Assembly (NCBI GenBank): GCA_028821675.1
Contig: JAPKFG010000001.1
Coordinates: 7,890 to 71,889, forward strand
DNA: 64,000 nucleotides
Reading direction: 5' to 3'
DNA from: Candidatus Poseidoniales archaeon
Lineage (GTDB): Archaea; Thermoplasmatota; Poseidoniia; Poseidoniales; Thalassarchaeaceae
Under the pieces are notes generated by a model. It searched no databases, was not told the DNA's origin, and was given only the letters and a program-made list of their open reading frames with translations. A program made the position numbers and the translations under genes. Numbering within the stretch: position 1 is the first letter of the stretch; the number at the start of each line of letters is the position of its first letter. Shown one piece after another: positions 36,695-46,471 of this stretch.

Positions 36695-38236
36695 TCACGG
36701 GAAAGACCTCCTAAGAGATAGAAATGGATTGAATGGACTGCCTCGACCCTCATCAGATTCAACGGCCATCGTCATTCGAGATAGACCGTAGTGTTCAGCC
36801 GCAGCAGCGACAAATGGAGTCACATCAGATGAATGTACAGACCATCCCTCTGGCCAATTAACCTCGATGAAATCAGTAGTTGTCTCCCCTGAATGATATG
36901 CAGGGTGACCCATTATGTCGGCAAGGAAACCCAGATTGGTCGTCACACCTAGCAATATGAAATCTTCACACGCCCGTTTCATACGCCGGATTGCGGACTC
37001 GCGCTCGGGTGCATGCACAACCAATTTGGCCAACATGGGATCAAAATCAATGCTTACTTCATCACCTTCACGAACACCCGTATCGAATCGTATGCCTGGA
37101 CCCGTTGGTGGACGGAACATGGCCATGGGTCCAATGGCTGGAAGGAAATTATTGGCTGGATCTTCAGCATAGATTCGAACTTCAATCGCGTGACCTCGGA
37201 TTGAAAGGTCCGATTGGGCAAAAGGCAGGGGCAATCCAGCCGCAACTCGTATTTGTTCAACAACCAAATCTACACCACTGATACATTCCGTTATCGGATG
37301 CTCAACTTGGAGACGTGTGTTCATTTCCAAAAAATGAAAATCTCCGTCTTCAGAAAGAAGGAATTCGACAGTACCTGCGCCTTCATAATCAACAGCTCTG
37401 GCAGCATTCACAGCTGCTTCACCCATCCGGCTTCGGGTGGATTCATCGAGTACAGGAGAAGGAGCCTCCTCGACAACCTTCTGATGTCGGCGCTGGATAC
37501 TGCATTCACGCTCAAACAGATGAACAGCATTTCCAAGCGTGTCAGTTAGAATTTGAATCTCTACGTGCCGGGATTTCTCAAGAAGGCGCTCTACATAGAC
37601 GGTGCCATCTCCGAATGAGGCGGTGGCTTCACGACTTGCAGCGGCGTACTCTCTCTGAAGGTTTCGAGGCTCACGAACCACACGCATGCCCTTGCCCCCT
37701 CCACCTGCGCTGGCCTTCAGCAACAATGGATATCCCACTCGAGTTGCAGCTCGAACGAGTTCATCCACTATTTCATCAGGATTCTCAAGGGCCAATTCTT
37801 CACCAGGGATGACTGGCACCCCAGCAGCAACCATGGCACGTCGAGCACTGATTTTATCTCCCATTTCATCGATAGCATGGCCCGAAGGTCCAATCCAAAC
37901 GAGGCCCGCGGCTTTGACCGCATTGGCAAAGGAACTGCGCTCAGAAAGAAAGCCATATCCTGGATGAATTGCATCTGCACCTGTCTCTTCGGCCGCGGCC
38001 AATATTGCTTCGATATTGAGGTAGGTTTCTGCAAGATCATCTCCTGGCAGGAATACGGATTCATCGGCTGTTTGTTGATGCAATGAACCTCGATCCGCTT
38101 CTGAATAAATAGCAACCGAGCCCAAACCTAATTCAGCGCATGAACGAAAGATACGACAAGCAATTTCACCGCGATTAGCGACCAGAATCTTGGACAACGG
38201 ACTGGGTGCGCCCTCCATCCAGTCTGGTCCACCCAT
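36695..38236 (-). CDS. biotin carboxylase subunit of acyl-CoA (methylcrotonyl/propionyl-CoA-type) carboxylase
   Basis: KILVANRGEIACRIFRSC at the N-terminus, with the ATP-grasp GGGGKGMRVV and the BC C-terminal domain. The start is set at MGGPDWMEGAPS (ATG at 38236, GGAGTG upstream), 7 nt after the hydratase stop. Confidence 0.85.
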   Translation of the reverse strand: MGGPDWMEGAPSPLSKILVANRGEIACRIFRSCAELGLGSVAIYSEADRGSLHQQTADESVFLPGDDLAETYLNIEAILAAAEETGADAIHPGYGFLSERSSFANAVKAAGLVWIGPSGHAIDEMGDKISARRAMVAAGVPVIPGEELALENPDEIVDELVRAATRVGYPLLLKASAGGGGKGMRVVREPRNLQREYAAASREATASFGDGTVYVERLLEKSRHVEIQILTDTLGNAVHLFERECSIQRRHQKVVEEAPSPVLDESTRSRMGEAAVNAARAVDYEGAGTVEFLLSEDGDFHFLEMNTRLQVEHPITECISGVDLVVEQIRVAAGLPLPFAQSDLSIRGHAIEVRIYAEDPANNFLPAIGPMAMFRPPTGPGIRFDTGVREGDEVSIDFDPMLAKLVVHAPERESAIRRMKRACEDFILLGVTTNLGFLADIMGHPAYHSGETTTDFIEVNWPEGWSVHSSDVTPFVAAAAEHYGLSRMTMAVESDEGRGSPFNPFLSLRRSFP

Positions 38237-38243
38237 GTGGAGT

Positions 38244-39119
38244 TCACTCCTCTTTCCAATTCGGGGTACGCTTCTCAAGGAATGAGGACAATCCCTCTTG
38301 CCCTTCTTCAGAACCTCGCATCGCACTGGTTTTGTCGAGTGTCCACGTTCGTAGTTCTTCGTCAGTTCCCGTCCAGCGATCAAAGGTGAGGGTGAGTTTC
38401 TTTGCTTCTGCAACCGCCATTGGACCTGTCGTGAGAACCTCATCAATTACAGAGTTTTCAGCGCCTTCAAGGGATTTCGATATCTGGTTCACAAGTCCAA
38501 TGCGAAGTGCTTCTTCGGATCCGATTCGTCCAGCCAACATAGCGAGCCTTCGAAACTGTGCACTGCCAACCTTGCGATACACGTAGGGGCCGATGACAGC
38601 TGGGAGAATACCCAATTTCCCTTCCGACAGAGCGATTTGAGCGTTGGGCTCGAGGATGACATGGTCTAGGCAGGCGATGAGACCAGCTCCACCTCCGAGG
38701 GCGACACCCTGAATCTTGCCAATAGTGAAACAAGGATGGGACCAGAGACTGTTGAACAAACGATTGAGGCGTTCGGAATCCTGTCTATTCTCCTCAGCAC
38801 TTTTCGCACCTGCATCCCGCATCATGTTGATGTCGGCGCCAGCACAGAAGTGCTTACCAGCACCAGATAGGACTAGCACCCTAAGGTAAGGCGCTCCTGT
38901 AGAATCCTCAAGAGTACCTCGCTCACCGATTGAACGATCACGCGTCCAATCGAGTACTGAGATGATTTCACTGATGAGTTCGATGTTCAGCGCATTGTAC
39001 ACATCCTCTCGAGTCAAGGTCAGATGGATGACCGAACCCTCGATATTGAGGGAGCATAGGTTAGTTTCTGGCTTTAAATCTCCAATTGCATAATTTGACA
39101 TTCCAATTGCTCCTTTCAC
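38244..39119 (-). CDS. enoyl-CoA hydratase/isomerase (crotonase) family, methylglutaconyl-CoA hydratase-like
   Basis: [17 protein letters not shown] oxyanion-hole motif plus a second crotonase helix region. It overlaps the carboxyltransferase stop (39116-39119). Confidence 0.8.
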   Translation of the reverse strand: MKGAIGMSNYAIGDLKPETNLCSLNIEGSVIHLTLTREDVYNALNIELISEIISVLDWTRDRSIGERGTLEDSTGAPYLRVLVLSGAGKHFCAGADINMMRDAGAKSAEENRQDSERLNRLFNSLWSHPCFTIGKIQGVALGGGAGLIACLDHVILEPNAQIALSEGKLGILPAVIGPYVYRKVGSAQFRRLAMLAGRIGSEEALRIGLVNQISKSLEGAENSVIDEVLTTGPMAVAEAKKLTLTFDRWTGTDEELRTWTLDKTSAMRGSEEGQEGLSSFLEKRTPNWKEE

Positions 39120-40732
39120 ATTCTAAATATTCCAAAATTCGTATCTGGCATCGGCGCGTTGAGACTGGCACTAATCGCCAGACCTAGAACATCGCGAGTA
39201 TCTCGAGGATCGATGATGCCGTCGTCCCACAATCGCGCTGTCGAATAGTATGGTGAACCCTCAACCTCATATTTCTCTAGTATTGGGGATTGGAAATCGT
39301 TCCATTCCTCATCCGTCATTGGGTCAAGGCCCTCTCGGGCCCGCTGGTCCTGCTTCACGGTGGCAAGAACGTCAGCTGCTTGTGGCCCACCCATGACTGA
39401 GATCCGGCTGTTGGGCCACATGAATAGGAAACGAGGGTCAAATGCCCGACCACACATCCCGTAATTGCCTGCACCATGGCTACCACCGATGATAACTGTG
39501 AACTTTGGCACGGGGACACAAGATACAGCTGTCACGAGTTTTGCACCATCCTTGGCGATGCCACCGGCCTCGTAGTCCCGACCGACCATGAAGCCCGTAA
39601 TGTTCTGCAAAAAGACAAGAGGTGTTCCACGCTGCCCGCAGAGTTCAACGAAGTGCGCTCCCTTGAGAGATGATTCTGAGAACAGGATACCATTGTTCGC
39701 AATAATGCCAACAGGATATCCATGAATCCGGGCAAAACCACAAACCAACGTTGGCCCATATCTTGCCTTGAATTCATGGAAGCGACTCCCATCGACGATT
39801 CGTGCAATCACTTCTCGAACATCAAACGGTGTTCTATTGTCTTCAGGGATGATTCCGAGGATTTCATCGGCAGAGTAGGCTGGATCCTCGGGTGCTTGAA
39901 CCTCCAACTTCGTCTTCGGCCCAGTGTTGAGATTCTCAACGATATTGCGAACCATGCGCAGTGCAATTGGTTCATCCTCGGCGTAATGGTCCGCCACACC
40001 AGATTGTGCGGTATGGACATCGGCCCCACCCAAATCTTCGGCGGAGACCTCTTCCCCCGTTGCGGCCTTCACCAACGGTGGGCCTGCGAGGAAGATTGTA
40101 CCGTTGCCTTTGACGATAATGGATTCATCAGACATCGCTGGAACATACGCCCCCCCAGCAGTGCAGGATCCACACACTGCAGCAATCTGCGGGATCCCCT
40201 TTCCACTCATGATGGCTTGATTACGGAAGATTCTACCGAAGTGCCCTTTGTCTGGAAAGACCTCGTCTTGCATCGGTAGAAAGGCACCACCAGAATCGAC
40301 CAGATAGATACAGGGTAGATGATTAGCATTAGCAACTTCTTGAGCCCGAATATGTTTCTTGACGGTAATCGGATAGTACGAGCCGCCTTTGACGGTGGCA
40401 TCATTGGCCACGAATAGGCATTCCTTTCCATGAACAACACCGATTCCGGTAATCATGCCGGCACTGGCGGCTTTGCCGTCATAGAGATCGTATGCGGCAA
40501 GTGGTGATAATTCGAGGAAGGGGGTACCTGGGTCACAGATTGCAGAAATTCGTTCACGTGGCATTGCCTTGCCTCGACTGCGATGCTTCTCGACATATTT
40601 GCCTCCCCCTCCTTGTTGAACTCCGTCAAGTCGTTCCCGGAGTGTAGCGAGAAGAGTACTATTGTGTTCATGATTCGACTTGAATGACGCATCCGAGGAA
40701 TTGACTCGGGTTTGAAGTCGATCCATGCGCAC
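39116..40732 (-). CDS. acyl-CoA carboxylase carboxyltransferase (beta) subunit, methylcrotonyl-CoA carboxylase beta-like
   Basis: The N-terminus [32 protein letters not shown] matches MccB/PccB (EQGGG.K...H.SRGKLLPRER), and there are two crotonase-fold CT domains. Confidence 0.85.
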   Translation of the reverse strand: MRMDRLQTRVNSSDASFKSNHEHNSTLLATLRERLDGVQQGGGGKYVEKHRSRGKAMPRERISAICDPGTPFLELSPLAAYDLYDGKAASAGMITGIGVVHGKECLFVANDATVKGGSYYPITVKKHIRAQEVANANHLPCIYLVDSGGAFLPMQDEVFPDKGHFGRIFRNQAIMSGKGIPQIAAVCGSCTAGGAYVPAMSDESIIVKGNGTIFLAGPPLVKAATGEEVSAEDLGGADVHTAQSGVADHYAEDEPIALRMVRNIVENLNTGPKTKLEVQAPEDPAYSADEILGIIPEDNRTPFDVREVIARIVDGSRFHEFKARYGPTLVCGFARIHGYPVGIIANNGILFSESSLKGAHFVELCGQRGTPLVFLQNITGFMVGRDYEAGGIAKDGAKLVTAVSCVPVPKFTVIIGGSHGAGNYGMCGRAFDPRFLFMWPNSRISVMGGPQAADVLATVKQDQRAREGLDPMTDEEWNDFQSPILEKYEVEGSPYYSTARLWDDGIIDPRDTRDVLGLAISASLNAPMPDTNFGIFRM

Positions 40733-40779
40733 CCCTTAGGGGGTGCGAATACGGGCTTGGCCTTGAACACTCGCCCGTT

Positions 40780-42096
40780 TCAAACGCCTAGAGTCATTCG
40801 TAGAACATCTCTCAATCCGGGTGCTAAACCGACCACGAGAAGACAAAGTATGACCAATAAACGCAAGTGACGGTGACGGTGTTCAAATCGAGCCGATGCG
40901 AAAAGCCACCAGATTAATCCTGCAAGTCCAAACTTCAGAGCCCCGAAGCCCCAAGCGGTTTCAGCGAATTCGATAACTTTCTGTGAGAGAACGTGCTTTT
41001 CGCCATATCCATAATACTCCAATCCAACACTGGTAGCAAGGCCATCAATCATCTGGCCATACATTGCAAGGAGAATGATTGGCAACCCAAGTATGGCACG
41101 GGGCGTTAGTTCTTCCATGCGTTCCCAAGTGGACGAATGCTGGCGGTCCCAATCATCCAATGAAATCCCAACTGGAACGATACCTGGTTCCAAACCCATG
41201 TGATGTAATTCTGAACGTGCCTTCTGTCCCGTAAACCAAAGCAAGGTACAGAGCAGAAGTGGACCACAGACAATGAGGGCTGAGGGGATTATTGAGATGG
41301 GCATTCGTCCGTTCAATGGATCGGTGTAAAGCATTAGCCAACCCGCGAGATGCATGAAACAGCCACCGATGCCCACTTGGATGAGGCCTTGCTCAATGGC
41401 TGTGCAACACTCAAGAAATGGATGAAGGAGAATAATCAACAGAAGTCCACCAAATGGCATTAGAAATAGGGGGGAAATGAGGTATGATATCGCATCTTGT
41501 TCCCAATGTTGACCAATCTGTGGAATGAAGAGTACAATCTGAAAAAGAGTCAGAATGACGGCCAATTGGGTGATGGCAACGCGATTCTCTGAGCCCACCC
41601 TTCGAGATACGTTGTGACACATCCAACCGGTTAAAATCACCCACGCAGCGACATGAAAATGAATCAGCGGTGAAACGAATAATCCACCCATACCCTCTGT
41701 GTCAAAGAGTTGACCATCTTCATTCACCTCTCCGAGAGCCGCCCAAATAACCCATGGAACAAGGGCGAGAATGGAACTGTCTCTGGCGGGAATACCGATT
41801 CTACGGAGCCAAGCTGATATGACGATGACAAAAGATACCAACAGGAGTGAGTAAACCACAGTATCCACTGGATTGTACCCCGCATCTCCTGTGGTTGAAT
41901 CCAGTGAATGAGGTTCGATGAAATAGGACTCGTACCCTTCTGAAAGTATGTTTCCCGGTGCAACATCTTGTCCGACAATTGCACCCAACACTAGAATGAC
42001 GATTGTGACAATAAATGTCGCTGCACTTCGTTCCATCAGAGAGAATTGATGGTCGGGCAATGGTACCTCAGAGAGGACCGAACTCTCGTCTGCCAT
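40780..42096 (-). CDS. polytopic integral membrane protein, unknown function
   Basis: 438 aa with about 10 predicted TM helices and no catalytic motif recognised. Confidence 0.45.
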   Translation of the reverse strand: MADESSVLSEVPLPDHQFSLMERSAATFIVTIVILVLGAIVGQDVAPGNILSEGYESYFIEPHSLDSTTGDAGYNPVDTVVYSLLLVSFVIVISAWLRRIGIPARDSSILALVPWVIWAALGEVNEDGQLFDTEGMGGLFVSPLIHFHVAAWVILTGWMCHNVSRRVGSENRVAITQLAVILTLFQIVLFIPQIGQHWEQDAISYLISPLFLMPFGGLLLIILLHPFLECCTAIEQGLIQVGIGGCFMHLAGWLMLYTDPLNGRMPISIIPSALIVCGPLLLCTLLWFTGQKARSELHHMGLEPGIVPVGISLDDWDRQHSSTWERMEELTPRAILGLPIILLAMYGQMIDGLATSVGLEYYGYGEKHVLSQKVIEFAETAWGFGALKFGLAGLIWWLFASARFEHRHRHLRLLVILCLLVVGLAPGLRDVLRMTLGV

Positions 42097-42133
42097 GAGA
42101 ACCGCTCAGGGTCATCGCTTCAAAGCGATTGCT

Positions 42134-42856
42134 TCACTCTTCTTCGCTGACTTCGGGCGCTTCGTCGACTTGACGGGCTTCGTGAACTTCGCGGAACACA
42201 ATTGTCTGTACACCGACGTGATCTCGCAACGTTCGAATGAGGCTGAACTTGGTAAAGGCCCAGTTCTGATTGTATCCAACGGACTCAGGGAGTGTGATGG
42301 TCACATCATCGCCATCGAAAGTAACCTCAAATCCATCCAGACCCGTGTTGGTTTCTAAGAGGGTGGAGACTTTCTCGGCACGATCTTCGACGACCTTGAC
42401 GATGCGATAATTGTAACGCAGCGTGCGGCCAGCGAGTGGGTGGTTGAAGTCGATTCGAGCACGACCAGCACGGACCATTCGAAGAATTCCTTGCTTTCCA
42501 TTGATTTCTACCGGGCCACCAATGGCAAGACTGTCAGGATCACGCACGGAGCGTGCAAGAACATCTTGTCCCATCGTTTCAACCGCATTGGGGTCACGCT
42601 CGCCATATCCATCCTCTGGCGCAATGTCGAATTCATAATCGGTGTCGGCATCAGCTTCGGTCAAATGTGCCTCAAATCCAGCAATCAAACGACCGTCGCC
42701 AATGACAGTGATGAGGGGAGTGTATTTTCGATTCTCATCGAACTGATCTGCTTCCTTTGCAACTTCCTCTCGAGTGGTCTCAATGAGAGTGTCATCATCC
42801 ACATTGTATAGGTCGTAATCGATATGGATGATAGAACCGTTCTCCATTTTGCACAC
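42134..42856 (-). CDS. FKBP-type peptidyl-prolyl cis-trans isomerase (long archaeal SlyD/FkpA-like)
   Basis: GDGRLIAGFEAHL...FNHPLAGRTLRYNYRIVKV has the FKBP domain with IF insert. Acidic C-terminus ending EVSEEE. Confidence 0.8.
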   Translation of the reverse strand: MCKMENGSIIHIDYDLYNVDDDTLIETTREEVAKEADQFDENRKYTPLITVIGDGRLIAGFEAHLTEADADTDYEFDIAPEDGYGERDPNAVETMGQDVLARSVRDPDSLAIGGPVEINGKQGILRMVRAGRARIDFNHPLAGRTLRYNYRIVKVVEDRAEKVSTLLETNTGLDGFEVTFDGDDVTITLPESVGYNQNWAFTKFSLIRTLRDHVGVQTIVFREVHEARQVDEAPEVSEEE

Positions 42857-42921
42857 CTGCCTAGCATTGTAGGCGGCCCGGCGACCGACTTCCCCTTTAT
42901 GAGCGTGCGTATGGCTAAGCC

Positions 42922-42936
42922 GAGCCCGTAGGGCTC
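42922..42936. terminator. hairpin immediately downstream of the ccmF stop
   Basis: GAGCCC-GTA-GGGCTC, a perfect 6-bp stem overlapping the stop codon. Confidence 0.3.
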
Positions 42937-45142
42937 ATTCTTCCTCTTCTTTTGGAATCGGAGGTGTCATAATCCAATTCAATGCAGTTCCAATCAAAAT
43001 GAGGGACCAACCCATCCAGACCAGATGACTGCCAGTCAAATCATAGATGACAACACGAATCCGGTCAACAGAATCGCCTTGCTGCATGAATGATGTTAGA
43101 TAGAGTTCATTCGCTTGACTTTGATCGAAAATCATCACCAAATCACCATGAGGGCGGTGCCAAATATCTGTTTCTGGACGCGCGGGAATTCCCCCTTCAT
43201 CAAATCGAAGCATTCCTGGTGTCATCGTTGCAATGATTTCGCCATCTGCCTCTTTCCGAATTTCCACCGTCACGACTATTTTGCCATCGCCAACATCCTC
43301 GTCCCATACATCATCATCAGAACTGGTCGCTGTCAATTCAGTAAATGTGTACCAATAATCCCCATGCTCGATAGGAGTATCTTTTGCGAGCATGACGATG
43401 TGACTGGGATCACCACGCTGAACTAGCGTCGTGGTGAACACGTGACCAATGAGCAGCAACAAAATGCCCAGATGAGCCACATGAATAGCCATCCGGCGAA
43501 GCTGCAATGGCTTCCGACGAAGTTGGAATTCACCATATCGGATCCAGATCAATCTGGCAATCGGCGGGACTGAGAATAGAAGAAGAGGGAGGGCAAAGCC
43601 AGCAATCATCCCTCGCGTGATTCCTTCCGATAAGAGATGGTCCGCATCGCCAGGTAATGCATCGCCCACGTAGGCAGCGAACAAGATACTGAATGCAATC
43701 ATACCGCCCAATAGCCGTGGAATCAAATGTGGTTCGACGACCTTACGCCAACTGTAAACCATGAGTCCTAGAGCGGCCATACATAGAAGAGGCAATCCGA
43801 AGATTTCGTGCCATGCAAGATTGGTCCCATCGACCTCAGCGAGCAACAACAACCAGGTGAGCAAGAGGAAGGGGGCACCGATGGCTAATGGAACCCAGAC
43901 GACTACTCGTTGCTGCCAACGTCCATCGGTCCAATCCAATGGTGGATCTTCCTGATCACCTAACAAAAACATTGGCGATAGAAAACCAAGCATTCCAATC
44001 ACTGCAGGTATCATTTCTAGGAGGAAGGCCCAGTAACTGAAAAGCATCAGCATCACGCCAGCAATCATCCAGATTACGCGTTCTTTTGCGGCTCTTTGAT
44101 TCCACAACAGGAATGCGAATACCCCAGCCAGAATTCCAACCTCCAATGTGCCCATCCAGGATCCTATAAGGGCACCTACAAGGATGGCTAAAGGTGCCCA
44201 TTCCTGTTCCTCAGTATTTGCAAAATGCCGTGTTCCCAGCCACATCAAACCTGCAATAATGAGTAGATAGAGATGGACTTCGAGGCCCGCCGGGTCATCA
44301 AAACCAAGTTCCAAAATCCGTTGAATTGGACCCATTGATGGATCGATTTCACCTTCGGCAACAAATGCATGGACACTATCCCAGACTCCATTTGCGCGTG
44401 TGACCAGTGTTGCGTGGATTGCGAAGAACGCAGGCACAATTCCTAATCCCACAAACCATTGATCTTCATTGGCCATACCCTTGGGCAATCTGAGATGAAG
44501 AAGAAGGATGAGGGAAATCCATGGCAACAGAGAACCTGTCTCTACCGGATCCCATGCCCAATATCCACCCCAATCCAATACGGTGTAAGCCCACAACCCT
44601 CCAAGGCCAACGCCAAGTGTCCCTACCAACAATGCGGGTCTTGCAAGGTGAAGGATTCGGTCTCTCGCGGGCGCGCCCGCTAAGAGCATGGCTGAGATGG
44701 CATGTACACCGACCCCCACACAGAGTGTGTAGAATGCAAAGATGAGCGGAGGATGAATGACCATTAAATCGGTCTGGAGCAGAGCGTTTAGACCTGGACG
44801 AGTGATCGCATCACTGGGAGTTGCACGGAATGGATTTAACATCAGCGCGATGAGGAGAAGTAGAGTTGAGAATCCAATCAACAAACGAAGGCGGAACTGA
44901 TGTTGAGAATCGGTTTCAGTGGGATGTTGTTCGCCATCAATTAGGATTAGGGCACCCAGCATGGCCACCCATAGCAACAAGGGACCTTCACGACCTGCCC
45001 ATATTGCGCTGATTCGATAGAAGAAAGGAAGATCAAAACCACCATTGTTCCATACATACTCTATGCTTGAAGCATCGATGAGAAACAAGAACAACAGAAT
45101 CGTAAACGGCAGCATCAGCAGAATACCGAGGAGCCTTCTCAT
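42935..45142 (-). CDS. ccmF: cytochrome c-type biogenesis protein CcmF-like (heme lyase, WWD domain)
   Basis: The Trp-rich signature is GGLWAYTVLDWGGYWAWDPVETGSLLPW (the WGGxWxWDPVEN motif of CcmF/CcmC/CcsA). It has more than 12 TM helices and a C-terminal soluble domain. The start is set at MRRLLGILLM (GGTGAT upstream), which avoids overlap with the GGR stop. Confidence 0.7.
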   Translation of the reverse strand: MRRLLGILLMLPFTILLFLFLIDASSIEYVWNNGGFDLPFFYRISAIWAGREGPLLLWVAMLGALILIDGEQHPTETDSQHQFRLRLLIGFSTLLLLIALMLNPFRATPSDAITRPGLNALLQTDLMVIHPPLIFAFYTLCVGVGVHAISAMLLAGAPARDRILHLARPALLVGTLGVGLGGLWAYTVLDWGGYWAWDPVETGSLLPWISLILLLHLRLPKGMANEDQWFVGLGIVPAFFAIHATLVTRANGVWDSVHAFVAEGEIDPSMGPIQRILELGFDDPAGLEVHLYLLIIAGLMWLGTRHFANTEEQEWAPLAILVGALIGSWMGTLEVGILAGVFAFLLWNQRAAKERVIWMIAGVMLMLFSYWAFLLEMIPAVIGMLGFLSPMFLLGDQEDPPLDWTDGRWQQRVVVWVPLAIGAPFLLLTWLLLLAEVDGTNLAWHEIFGLPLLCMAALGLMVYSWRKVVEPHLIPRLLGGMIAFSILFAAYVGDALPGDADHLLSEGITRGMIAGFALPLLLFSVPPIARLIWIRYGEFQLRRKPLQLRRMAIHVAHLGILLLLIGHVFTTTLVQRGDPSHIVMLAKDTPIEHGDYWYTFTELTATSSDDDVWDEDVGDGKIVVTVEIRKEADGEIIATMTPGMLRFDEGGIPARPETDIWHRPHGDLVMIFDQSQANELYLTSFMQQGDSVDRIRVVIYDLTGSHLVWMGWSLILIGTALNWIMTPPIPKEEEE

Positions 45143-45146
45143 CGGA

Positions 45147-46373
45147 TCACCATCCGTAGTACTTGGCACGACTGTAACCAAATGCGAGCATCGCGGGAAT
45201 AATCCGGCGGAAATACAAACTAGGTTTTCGAACCAACAAACGAAGTCCGACCATCGCTTTCCCGTGTGGTCCCATGGCAGACATTTCTTGGGGGAAACAA
45301 CGACCCATCAATGACATCTCATCATCACTAAGAGCATAGAGAGCAGATTTGCCCTTGAGAATTTTTTCATACGGTGGGAATTCTCGTTTCCATGCTGCCT
45401 GATAGGATGCAAGATTTGAATCGGATAGGTCTCCTGAATCAATGGCCTCCGCGGCAGTTTTCGCTGCTAAAACAGCTGACTTGAGAGCCAAGTGTGAGCC
45501 GCCCTCGAAGAGAGGAGATGTGAATCCCGCGGCATCGCCGACCAGCATCAATCCATCAGAATATGTCCATTCATGTGGACCTGAAATAGGAATTGTTCCA
45601 CCAAATCCACGAACCGAAACAGAACCATCACGCCATGGAGGATTGGTGATTTCAAGATTTGAGAAATGAGTGATGTCGATAAAGGCATCCAAGTCTTTCA
45701 CAAGGCCTTTCTTATCCTCACTAACCAGACCCACGTTTGCACGTCCATCGCACTTTGGAATCATCCAAAGATATCCTTTCTTTGCATATTCTGGCCAGAT
45801 GTAAAAATCAAGATACCCATCGTTAGGAACATCGTGCATTTCGTATTGAATGCCGGCAATCACTTTAGGGCGTTCGTTGAGTTTAGTTAGTTTTGAGCAG
45901 ATCCCCGCAACACCAGATGCATCGATGAGAATTTTGGCAGTAATTGGGAAGGTGTCCCCTTTGCCTTCACACAACCAACCTTCGAATTTACCATCGGATT
46001 CTATACGAGTCATTCCAGTCAATTTGTGACCTAGATTGAGGCTCGCTCCCTCTCCGACCGCTTCATCGGCAATCCACTGTTCAAACAAGTGCTTTTCAAG
46101 GACATAACCTGGCTCAGAAAGTAGCTTCTTAGTGCCGTCTGGAAAGATGACGCGAATGCCTTCAACGCGCAAGCTAATCACAGAATCAGGAAGATCTAGT
46201 TCAAGATTGGCAACGGCGATATCTGACAAACATTCCCCACAATGGACAGGGGTGCCAATCTCAGAGTGATCTTCGATGAGAATTACTGACAATCCGGCCC
46301 TCGCAGCATGCAGGGCTGCAGCGCCCCCACCGGGGCCTGCTCCGATGACGAGGACATCACATTCGGCTGCCAT
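45147..46373 (-). CDS. geranylgeranyl reductase family (digeranylgeranylglycerophospholipid reductase)
   Basis: FAD motif DVLVIGAGPGGGAAA and PVHCGECLS. Overall collinear with archaeal GGR. The start is set at MAAECDVLVIGAGPGG. Confidence 0.8.
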   Translation of the reverse strand: MAAECDVLVIGAGPGGGAAALHAARAGLSVILIEDHSEIGTPVHCGECLSDIAVANLELDLPDSVISLRVEGIRVIFPDGTKKLLSEPGYVLEKHLFEQWIADEAVGEGASLNLGHKLTGMTRIESDGKFEGWLCEGKGDTFPITAKILIDASGVAGICSKLTKLNERPKVIAGIQYEMHDVPNDGYLDFYIWPEYAKKGYLWMIPKCDGRANVGLVSEDKKGLVKDLDAFIDITHFSNLEITNPPWRDGSVSVRGFGGTIPISGPHEWTYSDGLMLVGDAAGFTSPLFEGGSHLALKSAVLAAKTAAEAIDSGDLSDSNLASYQAAWKREFPPYEKILKGKSALYALSDDEMSLMGRCFPQEMSAMGPHGKAMVGLRLLVRKPSLYFRRIIPAMLAFGYSRAKYYGW

Positions 46374-46471
46374 TGAAAGGGTTTGCAGTGAATACGGGCC
46401 TTGAATCAGTCGGTGCCGTAGGCACCGGCGCACTTCCGCTGGATTTGATAGGAAGAACGTTTCCGGCGACC

